Counted from the first letter of the stretch, positions 51,520 through 62,093 are shown. The stretch is DNA of 64,000 nt from an uncultured Bacteroidota bacterium (GCA_963737475.1 CAVTSY010000007.1:6248-70247); one strand, 5' to 3'. The notes: generated from the letters alone by a model not told the origin. Numbers and translations are program-made.

Positions 51520-52182
51520 ATGAAATCCAAAATCTCAAATCTTAAATCTGAAATCGTTGCCTCGCTTCCTGTGATGGAACATTTTTATACCCTGCAGGGA
51601 GAAGGGTTTCACCAGGGCAGGGCAGCTTATTTTATTCGTCTTGGTGGCTGTGACGTGGGTTGTGTGTGGTGCGACGTAAAAGAAAGCTGGGATGCCGATA
51701 AACATCCAAAGTATCGATATTCGAAAGTTTGAGGTTTGAAATAGAAAAAACATTGCATCTCCCCCCTGCCGGAGGGGGTTGGGGGAGTTATTGTTATCAC
51801 CGGCGGAGAACCCTTGATGCATGATCTGACCGAGCTGACAAAAGAATTACAGGCTGCTGGTTTTAAAACCCATTTGGAAACTTCAGGCGCCTATCCATTG
51901 AGCGGCAACTGGGATTGGATCTGTTTATCACCAAAAAAATTTAAAGCTCCGTTGCCTGGCATATCGGCAAAAGCGAATGAATTAAAGGTTATCATTTTTA
52001 ACAGATCAGATTTTGAGTGGGCAGAAAAATATGCAGCGCAAGTTTCAGCAGATTGTAAATTGTATTTGCAACCTGAGTGGGATAAAGCTGATCAAATGAC
52101 ACCTTTGATTATTGATTACATCAAGGCGAATCCGAAATGGGAACTGAGCCTGCAAATACATAAATACATCAATGTGCCGTGA
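51520..52182 (+). pseudogene. queE: 7-carboxy-7-deazaguanine synthase QueE, interrupted by two in-frame stop codons
   Basis: N-part '[45 protein letters not shown]'. TGA at 51730-51732 and TAG at 51742-51744. C-part 'VIVITGGEPLMHDL...LSPKKFK...LQIHKYINVP' is in the same frame. Confidence 0.8.
51759..51787 (+). repeat. C/G-run palindromic mini-repeat, variant copy d, inside queE
   Basis: 'tcccccctgccggagggggttgggggag' (C6 - loop - G5 - TT - G5). Confidence 0.5.
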
Positions 52183-52267
52183 GGAAGCTATAAGCCCTAA
52201 GCTGTTAGCTGTGAGCAGATTTAAAAAAAGAATAAAAAATAAATAGTTTCGTTATAATCTAATACCA

Positions 52268-54206
52268 ATGAAAATTACATCCCCTATACTTTTCTTATTT
52301 TGTCAATTGCTAATTGCCAACTGCCTGTCTGCGCAATACGATCCAACCAAAATAAATAAAAAAGCTCTCTCAGTATACATGCAGGCTATGGAAAAAGCCA
52401 ATGACCGCGATTTCAAAGGAGCTATTGATCTCCTTAACCAGTGTACCAGTATTGAACCAAATTATGCTGATGCTTTTTTGTCTCTTGGCGGTGTATATGG
52501 TCAATTAAAAAATTATAAAAGCAGTACGGAGAATTATGAAAAAGCATTCGCCATTGACTCTGACTATACCAACGAATATAGATTGCCTTATTCAATTAAT
52601 CTTGCGGGACAGGGAAGATTTGAGGAAGCATTGAATACTATTAATTCGTTATTAAGCAGTGAAAAAATTTCACCTGCTACAAGGCGGGCAGCTGAGTACA
52701 GGAAAAAAACTTTTCAGTTTGCAGTTGATTATGCAGCCAGCCATTCCAATTCATCGTACCAGTTTACGCCAGTTAATTTGGGAGACAGTATCAATACTGC
52801 CAGTTCGGAATATTATCCATCGATCACTATCAATGATAGCTTGTTTGTTTTTACGCGGCGGGGTGCGGGGATTCGTGAAGACTTTGTTGAGAGCACGATC
52901 CTTCCCAATCATGAATATTCCAGGTCAAAGACCATAAGTGGCAGCATCAATGAAGAACCATCAAAAGGCGCGATCAATATATCGCAGAGACGGGGACTGG
53001 CTCATTTTTGCCGGAAATTTTTCTTCACAAGGTTTTGGAAATTTTGATCTCTATATTTCCTATCAAACGCCGCAGGGATGGAGTGAACCGATCAATTTAG
53101 GTTCGCAGATAAATACCGAGTTCTGGGAAAGTTCGCCCTCATTAAGTTCCGATAAAAACACTCTGTACTTTAGCAGTGATCGTCCCGGTGGTTATGGCGG
53201 CAAAGACCTCTACGTTAGTCATCGAATGCCGAATGGTAAATGGAGTGAGGCCCTTAACATGGGAGCATCTGTAAATACTACCGGTGATGAGTTGGCTCCT
53301 TTCATACACGCAGATAATAATACCTTATACTTCACTTCGGATGGATTGCCCGGTTATGGCGGCAGTGACCTGTTTGTGATGAGAAGAAAAAATGCTCCCG
53401 ATAGCTATCGGGATGAATGGAATGCTCCTGAAAATCTGGGATACCCGATCAACACTATCGAAAGCGACGGTAGTTTATTTATTGCCTCCAATGGAGTGGA
53501 TGCCTTTTATTCAAGTGACAGAGCGGACAGTCGTGGCGGCCTGGATCTTTATCGTTTTGAATTAAGACCTGATATCCGGCCCGCAAGAACTCTCTATGTA
53601 CGGGGCACCGTTTTCAACAAAAAGAATAACAAGGGGATCCCCGCGACAGTAGAACTCATTGATAATTCAACAGGAGAACTTAATTCGAAAGTGCAAACTG
53701 ATGAACAGGGGAATTATTTTATTACTTTACCGGTAGGAAAGGATTATGTCTTTAACGTCAATCGCAAAGGCTATTTATTTTATAGTGATAATTTTTTGCT
53801 CAGCCAGCGGGTGCCTGATTCTGTTTACGAAAAAAATATCCCGCTGCAGCCTATCGAAGTCAATGCTTCCATCATCCTTAAAAATATTTTCTTTGAGACA
53901 AATAAATTTCAGCTCGATCCAAAATCACAGGCCGAATTAGACAAAATTGTCCAGCTATTAAACGACAACCCAACATTAAAGATCGAGATCAGCGGATACA
54001 CGGATAATGTGGGTAAACCTTCCGACAATCTTTCTCTCTCAAACAACCGTGCAAAATCTGTTGTCAGTTATCTCATTGGCAAAGGCATCGCTCCTCAACG
54101 CCTGGTCGCAAAAGGTTATGGCGAAACCAAACCGGTTGCTGATAATACAACTGAGGAAGGAAAAGCGAAGAACAGGAGAACGGAGTTAAGGGTCATTAGT
54201 CAATAG
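52268..54206 (+). pseudogene. OmpA-family outer-membrane/peptidoglycan-associated protein (TPR, PD40-like repeats, OmpA_C), one frameshift near 52985-52995
   Basis: ORFs 52268..53047 and 52938..54206 overlap in different frames ('GAINIS|DGDWLIFAG'). C-terminal 'ISGYTDNVG...NLSLSNNRAKSVVSYL...GYGETKPVADNTTEEGKAKNRRTELRV'. Confidence 0.75.
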
Positions 54207-54264
54207 ATGAAACCTGCCCGCCGGCAGGCGGGGATAAAAGTGAATAGCTAATAGTGTTATGTTA

Positions 54265-54380
54265 ACCGTAGTAATGCGCATAAATTTTGCCACAGAAAAC
54301 ACAGAAACACAGAGAGAAATCAATAAATCATTCAGTGTTTCTGTGTATTCAGTGGCGACAAAATACAATTAACTTAACAA
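54265..54380. repeat. REP-like hairpin element, family 1, full copy (inverted relative to 10987-11215)
   Basis: 'ccgtagtaatgcgcataaattttgccacagaaaacacagaaacacagagagaaatcaataaatcattcagtgtttctgtgtattcagtggcgacaaaatacaattaacttaac'. Confidence 0.65.
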
Positions 54381-54423
54381 TAGTTATTTTCGCTATCGTT
54401 AAACCTTATCTGTCAGTCTTATC

Positions 54424-55536
54424 TTGAACGCGGATCTATTATACCAACTTGCATTAACTGAAGTTCCTAATATCGGTTGGGTACAGGCCAAAATTCTTGC
54501 TCAGCATTTTGGCGAGGCTGAAAAAATTTTCAGAGCGAAATTGTCCACCCTGGAAAAAATTGAAGGCATTGGAACGATCAGGGCGAACAGCATCAAAAAC
54601 TTCAGTGATTTTTCAAACGCGGAAGAAGAAATAAAGTTCATTGATAAATTCAGGATCAAGCCACTGTTTATTACCGGCAAAGAATATCCCCGGCGATTAT
54701 TGAATTGCTACGACTCTCCTACCCTTTTATTTTATAAAGGAAGCGCCGACCTGAATGCTTCAAAAATCATTTCGATCGTTGGAACAAGAACCCACACTGA
54801 TTATTCAAAGAAAATAACTGACAAACTCATTGAAGAACTATCTGTCTCAAAATATTTTGATTGTCAGCGGAATGGCTTACGGAGTAGATGCCATTGCGCA
54901 CAAGGCTGCTGTTAAAAATAATTTGCCCACAGTAGGCGTACTTGCCCATGGCCTTGATCAGATCTATCCCCCGGATCATTCTAATCTGGCAAAAGACATG
55001 CTGAAAAACGGCGGAGGATTACTCACAGAATTCAGGAGCAAAACAAAACCCGACAAACATAATTTTCCCACACGAAACAGGATCGTTGCGGGCATGAGCG
55101 ATGCGACGATCGTTATTGAATCGGGAATAAAAGGCGGAAGCATGGTAACCGCGGAATTAGCGAACGGGTATAACAAAGATGTATTCGCATATCCCGGAAA
55201 AGTAACGGATAGCAAAAGTGCCGGCTGCAATTACTTGATCAAATCAAACAAAGCAATGTTGCTGACCGATGCACAGCAGTTAATAGAAATAATGGGATGG
55301 GAGGAAAGAAAGCAAAAGCTCAAAAGTAGGGCAAAAGTCAAAAAGAGATATTCATTGAATTAAGCAGGGAGGAAAAAATAATTATCGATATCCTGAATGA
55401 AAAAGAATCCGTGCATATTGATGAGATCAATTTGCGAAGTGGTCTAAGCAGCAGTGCCATTGCAGCAGCGATTCTGAATTTGGAGTTGCAGAATGTTGTA
55501 AACGGTTTGCCGGGAAAGGTTTACAAATTGTCCTGA
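54424..55536 (+). pseudogene. dprA: DNA-processing protein DprA (Smf), two frameshifts (A-run 54849-54852 and ~55330-55345)
   Basis: Pieces 'LLYQLALTEVPNIGWVQAKIL...ISIVGTR', 'NILIVSGMAYGVDAIAHKAA...GGSMVTAELANGYNKDVFAYPG' and 'QKEIFIELSREEKIIIDILNEKESVHIDEINLRSGLSSS...GKVYKLS*' lie in three frames. Confidence 0.8.
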
Positions 55537-55689
55537 AACTCCGGCCAAACATCCATTAAAACGTGCAAACTGTACATTCTGGGTAAAAAGAAGTAAATAC
55601 GCTCATTAGATTGAGTAAATGCAATCAATCTTTTTGTAACTTCTGTTGATAAATAAAGCTCAGATCATTTATAAGTGATCATTACGCAA

Positions 55690-58600
55690 ATGAAACCCCT
55701 TATTCTATCATGCATTTGTTTGACGCTGCTATTACTTACAGAGGGTGTCAATGCGCAAAGACAGCTCTTGAATTTTAGTCTTGTATCAGGCAATAACGGT
55801 GTTTCACTTGGAAAAATAAACGGAATTACACAGGATAAATGGGGATACATGTGGTTTGTTGACCAAACCAACAGATGCCTCATCCGGTTTGATGGATATA
55901 GAATGAAAACATTTCGACATGATCCCTTAGACACTAATTCCATTGACGGCGTGAATTTTGAATGTATTGCTGCTGACTCAACCGGTTGTATCTGGGTTGA
56001 TGCTGCAAGAGGTGTTGATAAATTTGATCCCTATACAGGAAAATTTATTCATTTCCGATATCAGCCAACGAAAGCCCTCAGAAGAGAAATATACAATATA
56101 TTGATTGATCATTTGGGAACTGTCTGGGTGGGTACCAGTGCTGGACTTGACCGGCTGGATCAAAAAACAGGAAAATTCATTCATTACGAACATAAGGATA
56201 ATGATTCCACATCGCTAAGCTATAATACAGTACGTTCTCTCTATGAAGATCATCAGGGTGTATTGTGGATAGGAACAGGATTGCCATTTCTTCCGCTGAA
56301 AGGGGGTGGACTAAACAGGTTTGACAGAAAAACCGGAACATTTACCCGTTACATGCATGACCCTAACAATCCTCATAGCCTGATCGACGATAAGATCAGG
56401 GCCATCTTTGAAGATAGCAGGGGGATATTTTGGGTGGGCACCCAGGGTGATGGCTTGCATATCATGGATAGAAAGACCGGCAGTTTCACCCGGCTAACGT
56501 TTGATCCAAATCATCCTGAAAAGCTAAGTCGCCCACCTGTGAATAAAGGAAATCCCATGGATCATATAACTTTTGTAACAGAGGATATGACCGGTGCAAT
56601 ATGGATAGGAACGTTTGCTGCCGGTATTAACCGTTACGATCCGGTTACAAAAAAAACTACCCATTACCAATCCGGAAATGGATTTCCGGACAGTACCTGC
56701 TGGAGTAGTTTCCTATCACACGATGGCGTTTTGTGGATAAGTACAGAAAATAGCAAACTACTATACCGGCTTGATCCTTCCCATAGGTCGATCAATAGTA
56801 TTCCAACCGTTGATGTGGCCCGCGATTTTGTGGAAGATAAGAAAGGATATTTATGGGTTGCCACTCGTGGAAATGGGCTGCTCAAATATGATCAGCATAA
56901 GAATTTAATAAAGCAATATAAAAATGACCCATCAAATCCATTCAGCCTTAATGATAATAGAGTGAATTCACTATTTCAAAGCCAGGAAGATACAATTTGG
57001 GTGGGAACATGGAGCGGAGTTCAAATCTTCAATAAGGTTACGCAACAATTTTCCATGAATTCCTAATAGCTTGAATTTAAAAGATTCCATAGATAATGCT
57101 ATCACTACCATCTATCAGGACAAACAAGGAGTAATGTGGTTTGGCAGATGGTCGGGAGGATTGATTCAGTATAACCCTAAAAACAATTCATTTAAACATT
57201 TTTATTCAAGTGCAAAAGACTCCGCTTCTATCGGTACAAATGTAATAACAACTATTTTGGAAGACAGATCGGGCGTACTATGGGTAGGGGGTCATGGAGA
57301 GGCAATCAATCGCTTAAACCGGGAAACCGAATCATTTAAACATTACATGTCAGGGCATCAAATATATGATTTATACGAGGATTCAGGAGGCAGTTTATGG
57401 GCAGGAACAGATAATTTTCTTTATCGTTACAATCAAAAGGAAGATAGGTTTACAAGTTTTTTTGATCCATTGGACAAAATTAATTCTCTTGATATCGAAG
57501 GCATAATTGAAGATAATTCGAAAGATTTATGGCTCAAATCGAGTTCGGCCATCATAAAACTGAACCCCGTTACCAAAGAAACATTCATTTATGGCAGCAG
57601 GTTTGGAATAAAGCCAAACAGTATGGAGTATTTCGGAGGAGTATATAAGAACAAACAAGGGCTGCTATATTTTGGGTATAACAATGGTTTTTATACTTTT
57701 TTCCCTGAAGAATTGGTTGTAAAAACAGATTTGAAAATTATCATTACGGATTTGTTCATCAACACTCGTCCGGTATTACCCGGTAAAGGAAGCCCTATAC
57801 AAAAACCAGTTGAAGAGATCAGTGATTTAGAATTAAAGTACAACCAGAATAATATCGATTTTAATTTTGCAGCCATTGATTACCGGAAGCCTGAAGCTGT
57901 TAAATATTTTACCATGCTGGAAAACTATGATAATACCTGGCGTGAAGCAGTTGGCGAAAAAAGTTCTGCCTATTTTAATGTTCCCCCTGGTAGCTATGTG
58001 TATCGGGTAAGGGCTAACAACAGTGACGGCGCAAAGGCAGAAAAAGCAATAACTATCCGGATATATCCGCCCTGGTGGCAAACATGGTGGTTCAGAACAT
58101 CCGTAATCATTTTACTGGCCGCAACTTTTTACCTGCTGATCCGATGGTGGTTACATCGCAAATTCCGGCTGCAACTGGAACGTACAGAAAAAGAAAAACA
58201 ATTAGCCGAGTTAGAAATGCAGGCCCTGCGATCACAAATGAACCCTCATTTTATTTTTAATTCGCTCAATTCTATTAATATGTTCATCCTTGAAAATAAT
58301 AAACTGCAGGCATCGGAATATCTTTCTAAATTTTCAAAGCTTATACGATTGATCCTTCAAAATTCACAGGAAGCATTTATTCCTTTGGAAAGAGAATTAG
58401 AAGCACTCCAGTTATATCTTGAACTCGAATCTTTAAGGTTTGAACAAAGATTTGAATATAAAATTACTGTAGGCGGAAATGTTGATACTGCAATGTTGAA
58501 AGTGCCCCCACTTATTATTCAGCCCTATGCAGAAAATGCGATCTGGCATGGGTTAATGCACCTGCCTGACCGGCAGGCAGGTAAAAAAGAAAACGGGCAT

Positions 58601-58861
58601 TTAGAGATTGAGGTGTACAGAGAGAATGAAATACTGCTCTATAAAATAACTGATGATGGCATCGGGAGACAAAAAGCTGCAGAATTAAAAAGTAAATCTG
58701 CATCAACGCAAAAATCAATGGGAATGCGCATTACAGCAGATAGAATTGCCATGTTACAACAGCAAAACAAAACTTCTATAACAATAACCGATCTTGTGCT
58801 TGCCGATGGTAATCCGGGCGGTACGGAAGTGCTGATCAAAATGCCTGTTTCTTATGATTAA
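55690..58861 (+). pseudogene. Two-component-regulator-propeller / Y_Y_Y / LytS-type sensor histidine kinase, one frameshift near 57058
   Basis: Repeated '...G.LW(I/V)GT..GL..' propeller blades. 'YVYRVRANNSDG' (Y_Y_Y). TM 'VIILLAATFYLLI'. 'MNPHFIFNSLNSI' (His_kinase). HATPase 'AENAIWHG...DDGIG'. The frame changes between ORFs 55675..57066 and 57071..58861. Confidence 0.8.
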
Positions 58862-59218
58862 AGCCATCATTATAGACGATGAAATGCATTGCCCACTATG
58901 GAAGGATTGCAAATGATCCCGGTTGATTCTATTGTCAGTTGTGCATAGATCGCAATTATACTGCAGTTTTGCTCAAGGGTAAACAAAAGATCATTGTTTC
59001 AGAAATACTGAAGGAAATAGAGGAAATGCTTGAAGAATATTTATTTCTTCGTGTGCATCATTCCTTATTGTTCCCTGAATGAAATCAGCAAATACGTAAA
59101 AGGTGAAGGCGGTTACTTGGTTATGAGTGATGGTTCTTCTGTGCATGTTTCCCGAAGTAGGAAAGAAATACTTCTTCAAAAATTACAACCGGGCAAGCAT
59201 CATTCTGCCGAATCGTAA
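58854..59218 (+). pseudogene. Decayed LytTR response regulator (copy A): receiver domain deleted, LytTR part carries stops and indels
   Basis: Starts 'MIKAIIIDDEMHC' exactly like 60605... It then jumps at ~58893 to sequence homologous to 61041... (~398 bp missing). 'tgtgcatagatcgc' introduces a TAG. Confidence 0.7.
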
Positions 59219-59240
59219 ACAATTGTTTGCTAAAATCATT

Positions 59241-59268
59241 CAACTGTCATCCATTTCCCCCCAACTGT
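59241..59268 (-). promoter_or_regulatory. Candidate LytTR operator: direct repeat CAACTGT (= ACAGTTG on the minus strand), 21-bp period
   Basis: CAACTGT at 59241-59247 and 59262-59268. A TAATTTTG (-7-like) box lies at 59302-59309. The same arrangement is conserved in copy B. Confidence 0.35.
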
Positions 59269-59470
59269 ACATTGTAGCTGGCATTTGGCTGTTTGCCAAT
59301 ATAATTTTGGTATTGAAAGTTTATTAATTATTTCAATCCAAAAGAAGCAGGGCGCTTCACATTAAGTTCCAGCAGTTGGATTCATACTTGCCTCTCCAAA
59401 TAAAGGACTAAAGTATATCTGTTAAAATAAATATAGTAAACAATTTTTGTAACCATTTAAAAAGTAAATT

Positions 59471-60008
59471 ATGAAAAAAAATAAATTACAGTCTATTCTT
59501 TTTTGTACCGGGTTAATGGTATTTATCTTTTCCGGTTGTCAGAAACAAAGTCAACTTGCTCCGGCTTCTGCTAATACTACTAAGGCTTCCGTTTCTACTA
59601 ATAAAGGTATTGGTCACACTTTCGATGCCACATTCACGAAATATATAACTGACTACCCTATCATGTCGGGTATTGTTGGAGGTGACGTAGGCACTGGCAT
59701 TTATGCAGGAGAGGTTCTTAGTTTTGAAACTGTGGGTCTTATTGATTATGTAGAGGCCATTTACCACTTCAACGGCCAGAATCCATAGCTTTACCGCACA
59801 CGTCTTCGTAGTTCAGAACAATGAATCGGGACCGGGTATTGCCGCGATAACCGGCCAGGTCACTGAAGGATGGCTTAAAGGCGCGACTTTGACTGGGGAG
59901 TACAATGTATTGGGCGTATGTACAATACCGACACCCGGGAACTTAGAGGGTACTAAGTGTTACCAGGGCATACTCCACATCCACGTTCCGAAAGGTAGCG
60001 TAGACTAG
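59471..60008 (+). pseudogene. Small lipoprotein of unknown function, one frameshift near 59785
   Basis: Lipobox 'LMVFIFSGC'. ORF 59471..59788 continues one frame over as 'HSFTAHVFVVQNNESGPGIAAITGQVTEGWLKGATLTGEYNVLGVCTIPTPGNLEGTKCYQGILHIHVPKGSVD*'. Confidence 0.5.
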
Positions 60009-60479
60009 TGTTGCAGAAGTGGATTATGGTGATTCCGATTTGGGACAATAGTTTGCTAATAGAGTTACGCTCATTTTTTGTGTCCAGCCGGGGTCTCACA
60101 GCAGAGATTTTTGAAATAAAATTCTTTATTCTTTACGTGCGACCCCGGCATTGGATACTCGGGCGGGTTAATAGTCTTCGAATTCAAGAAAGGAAGTAAC
60201 ATCCTTGCTACAATTGCACTTTTGCTTAATCTTGCGTTTTTCACAATGAGTTGGGTGTTCAATGCCGGCTCCCAAGTCGGCGCCAGTTACCATCACCTGT
60301 CCATTTATAGATGTTGGAACATATCTGATCTTTACCTGGACCTTTACCATCAGCGGAGCGTTGAAACGTCAGGGACTGCTACAATGGATTGGCTAAGTCC
60401 CTGCCGGATTTCTTTGAGTGGCGAAGTGAATACATTTACTTAGAAAATTATAGATTATGGTACTCATCTTTCCACATCT

Positions 60480-60612
60480 CATTACAGCAAATAGAATTGC
60501 CATCTTACAACAGCAAAATAAAACTTCTACAACAATTACCGATCTTGTGCTTGCGGATGGTAATCCGGGTGGCACGGAAGTGCTGATCAAAATACCTGTT
60601 TCTTATGATTAA
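60480..60612 (+). pseudogene. Orphan 3'-terminal remnant (~44 codons) of the LytS-type kinase gene (copy B)
   Basis: 'ITANRIAILQQQNKTSTTITDLVLADGNPGGTEVLIKIPVSYD*' is ~90% identical at the DNA level to 58729-58861. No kinase sequence lies upstream of it. Confidence 0.65.
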
Positions 60613-61372
60613 AGCCATCATTATAGACGATGAAATGCACTGTCGTAAAACATTAGGCATATTGTTGAAAGAATATTGTCCTGATGTGCAGGTAATGGAG
60701 CAATGTGATAATGGCGAAGCCGGCATTGAAGCAATCAATGAACTTAAGCCTGACCTCGTCTTTTTAGATATTGAAATGCCTCGCATGAATGGTTTTGAGA
60801 TGCTGGAACAATTTTCGGAAATTTCATTTGCAGTTATTTTTACCACCGGGTATGACCAGTATGCCATTAAAGCTTTTCATTTCAGTGCTCTTGACTATCT
60901 GCTGAAACCAATAGATCATGAAGAATTAAGAAAAGCTGTACTGAAAGTCAGTCGGCAGGTTCTCCATCCCCTACCACAGCAATTGGAAATTTTATTACAA
61001 AAGATACATCATCAGCCTTCAGGTATTAATAAGATCGCATTGCCCACTATGGAAGGATTGCAAATGGTCCCGGTTGATTCTATTATCAGTTGCGCATCTG
61101 ACCGCAACTATACCGCAGTTTTACTCAAGAGTAAACAAAAGATCATTGTTTCAAAAATACTGAAGGACATAGAAGAAATGCTTGAAGAGCATTCGTTTCT
61201 ACGTGTGCATCATTCATATATCGTTAACCTGAATGAGATCAGCAAATACGTAAAGGGTGAAGGCGGTTACCTGGTGATGAGTGATGGTTCTTCTGTAGAT
61301 GTTTCCCGAAGCAGGAAAGAAATACTTCTTCAAAAATTACAACCGGGCACGCATCATTCTGCCGAATCGTAA
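60605..61372 (+). CDS. LytTR-family response regulator (intact copy B)
   Basis: 255-aa ORF. Receiver 'IIIDDEMHCR...DLVFLDIEMPRMNGFE...LLKP'. LytTR 'LPTMEGLQMVPVDSIISCASDRNYTAVLL...FLRVHHSYIVNLNEI'. Confidence 0.9.
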   Translation: MIKAIIIDDEMHCRKTLGILLKEYCPDVQVMEQCDNGEAGIEAINELKPDLVFLDIEMPRMNGFEMLEQFSEISFAVIFTTGYDQYAIKAFHFSALDYLLKPIDHEELRKAVLKVSRQVLHPLPQQLEILLQKIHHQPSGINKIALPTMEGLQMVPVDSIISCASDRNYTAVLLKSKQKIIVSKILKDIEEMLEEHSFLRVHHSYIVNLNEISKYVKGEGGYLVMSDGSSVDVSRSRKEILLQKLQPGTHHSAES

Positions 61373-61394
61373 ACAATGGTTTACTAAAATCATT

Positions 61395-61421
61395 CAACTG
61401 TCATCCATCTCCCCCAACTGT
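61395..61421 (-). promoter_or_regulatory. Candidate LytTR operator (copy B): CAACTGT direct repeat, 20-bp period
   Basis: CAACTGT at 61395-61401 and 61415-61421. TAAATTTG box at 61455-61462, 42 nt before the ATG at 61504. Confidence 0.35.
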
Positions 61422-61503
61422 ACGTTGTAGCTGGCTTTCGCCTGTTTGCTGATATAAATTTGGCATTCAAAGTTTATTATTCACTTTTTAAATACTAAAA
61501 ACA

Positions 61504-62010
61504 ATGAAAAAGATTTTATCAGCGCTTGTACTCCTGATTATCGGGAACTGCGCCTTTCCTCAAAGCCTAAAGAACAGTGTACCTTCCGAAAACCCGGAAG
61601 TTTCTCCAGCTGTTTTAGTAAGTGAGAACACTGCACCTGCTTCCATGAGCAAAGCTGTAAGAAATTTCGATAAAACATTCAAAAATGTTATCGATGAAAA
61701 ATGGTACGTGATGCCCGATGGATATAGAGTAAACTTTACAGCAAAGGATGTTCGTTGCCGGCTCGACTATGACAAAAATGGCAACTGGATGCATACGATA
61801 AAATACTACGATGAAAAAAAGTTACCTGTGGAAGTAAGACGTCTCGTTGTCAGCAGCTACTTCGACTATAGTATCAGAACAGTTGAGGAAATTGAAGCGC
61901 CCGTGATATTAAAGTTCTACGTTATTCATTTGGAAGGAGAAACAAACTGGATAAACATAAAGGTTGCAGATAATGAAATAAACGAATTGGAAAAGATCAA
62001 AAAATCATAA
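61504..62010 (+). CDS. Small secreted protein, PepSY-like (beta-lactamase-inhibitor-like) fold suspected
   Basis: Signal 'MKKILSALVLLIIGNCAFPQ'. 'AVRNFDKTFKNVIDEKWYVMPDGYRVNF...DYDKNGNWMHT'. The family is from memory. Confidence 0.5.
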   Translation: MKKILSALVLLIIGNCAFPQSLKNSVPSENPEVSPAVLVSENTAPASMSKAVRNFDKTFKNVIDEKWYVMPDGYRVNFTAKDVRCRLDYDKNGNWMHTIKYYDEKKLPVEVRRLVVSSYFDYSIRTVEEIEAPVILKFYVIHLEGETNWINIKVADNEINELEKIKKS

Positions 62011-62093
62011 ATAATATTTCCTGGATCTCGGAAAAATCTGTTTAGTAACTACATAATCGTTAGTAGTGATGTTCTCAAATTGAACATCGAAAA

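Noticed and set aside
51730-51744. TGA in queE as selenocysteine or programmed readthrough
   Set aside because: A TAG follows 9 nt later. QueE is not a known selenoprotein. The region coincides with a repeat insertion and homopolymers, so disruption or sequencing error is far more likely.
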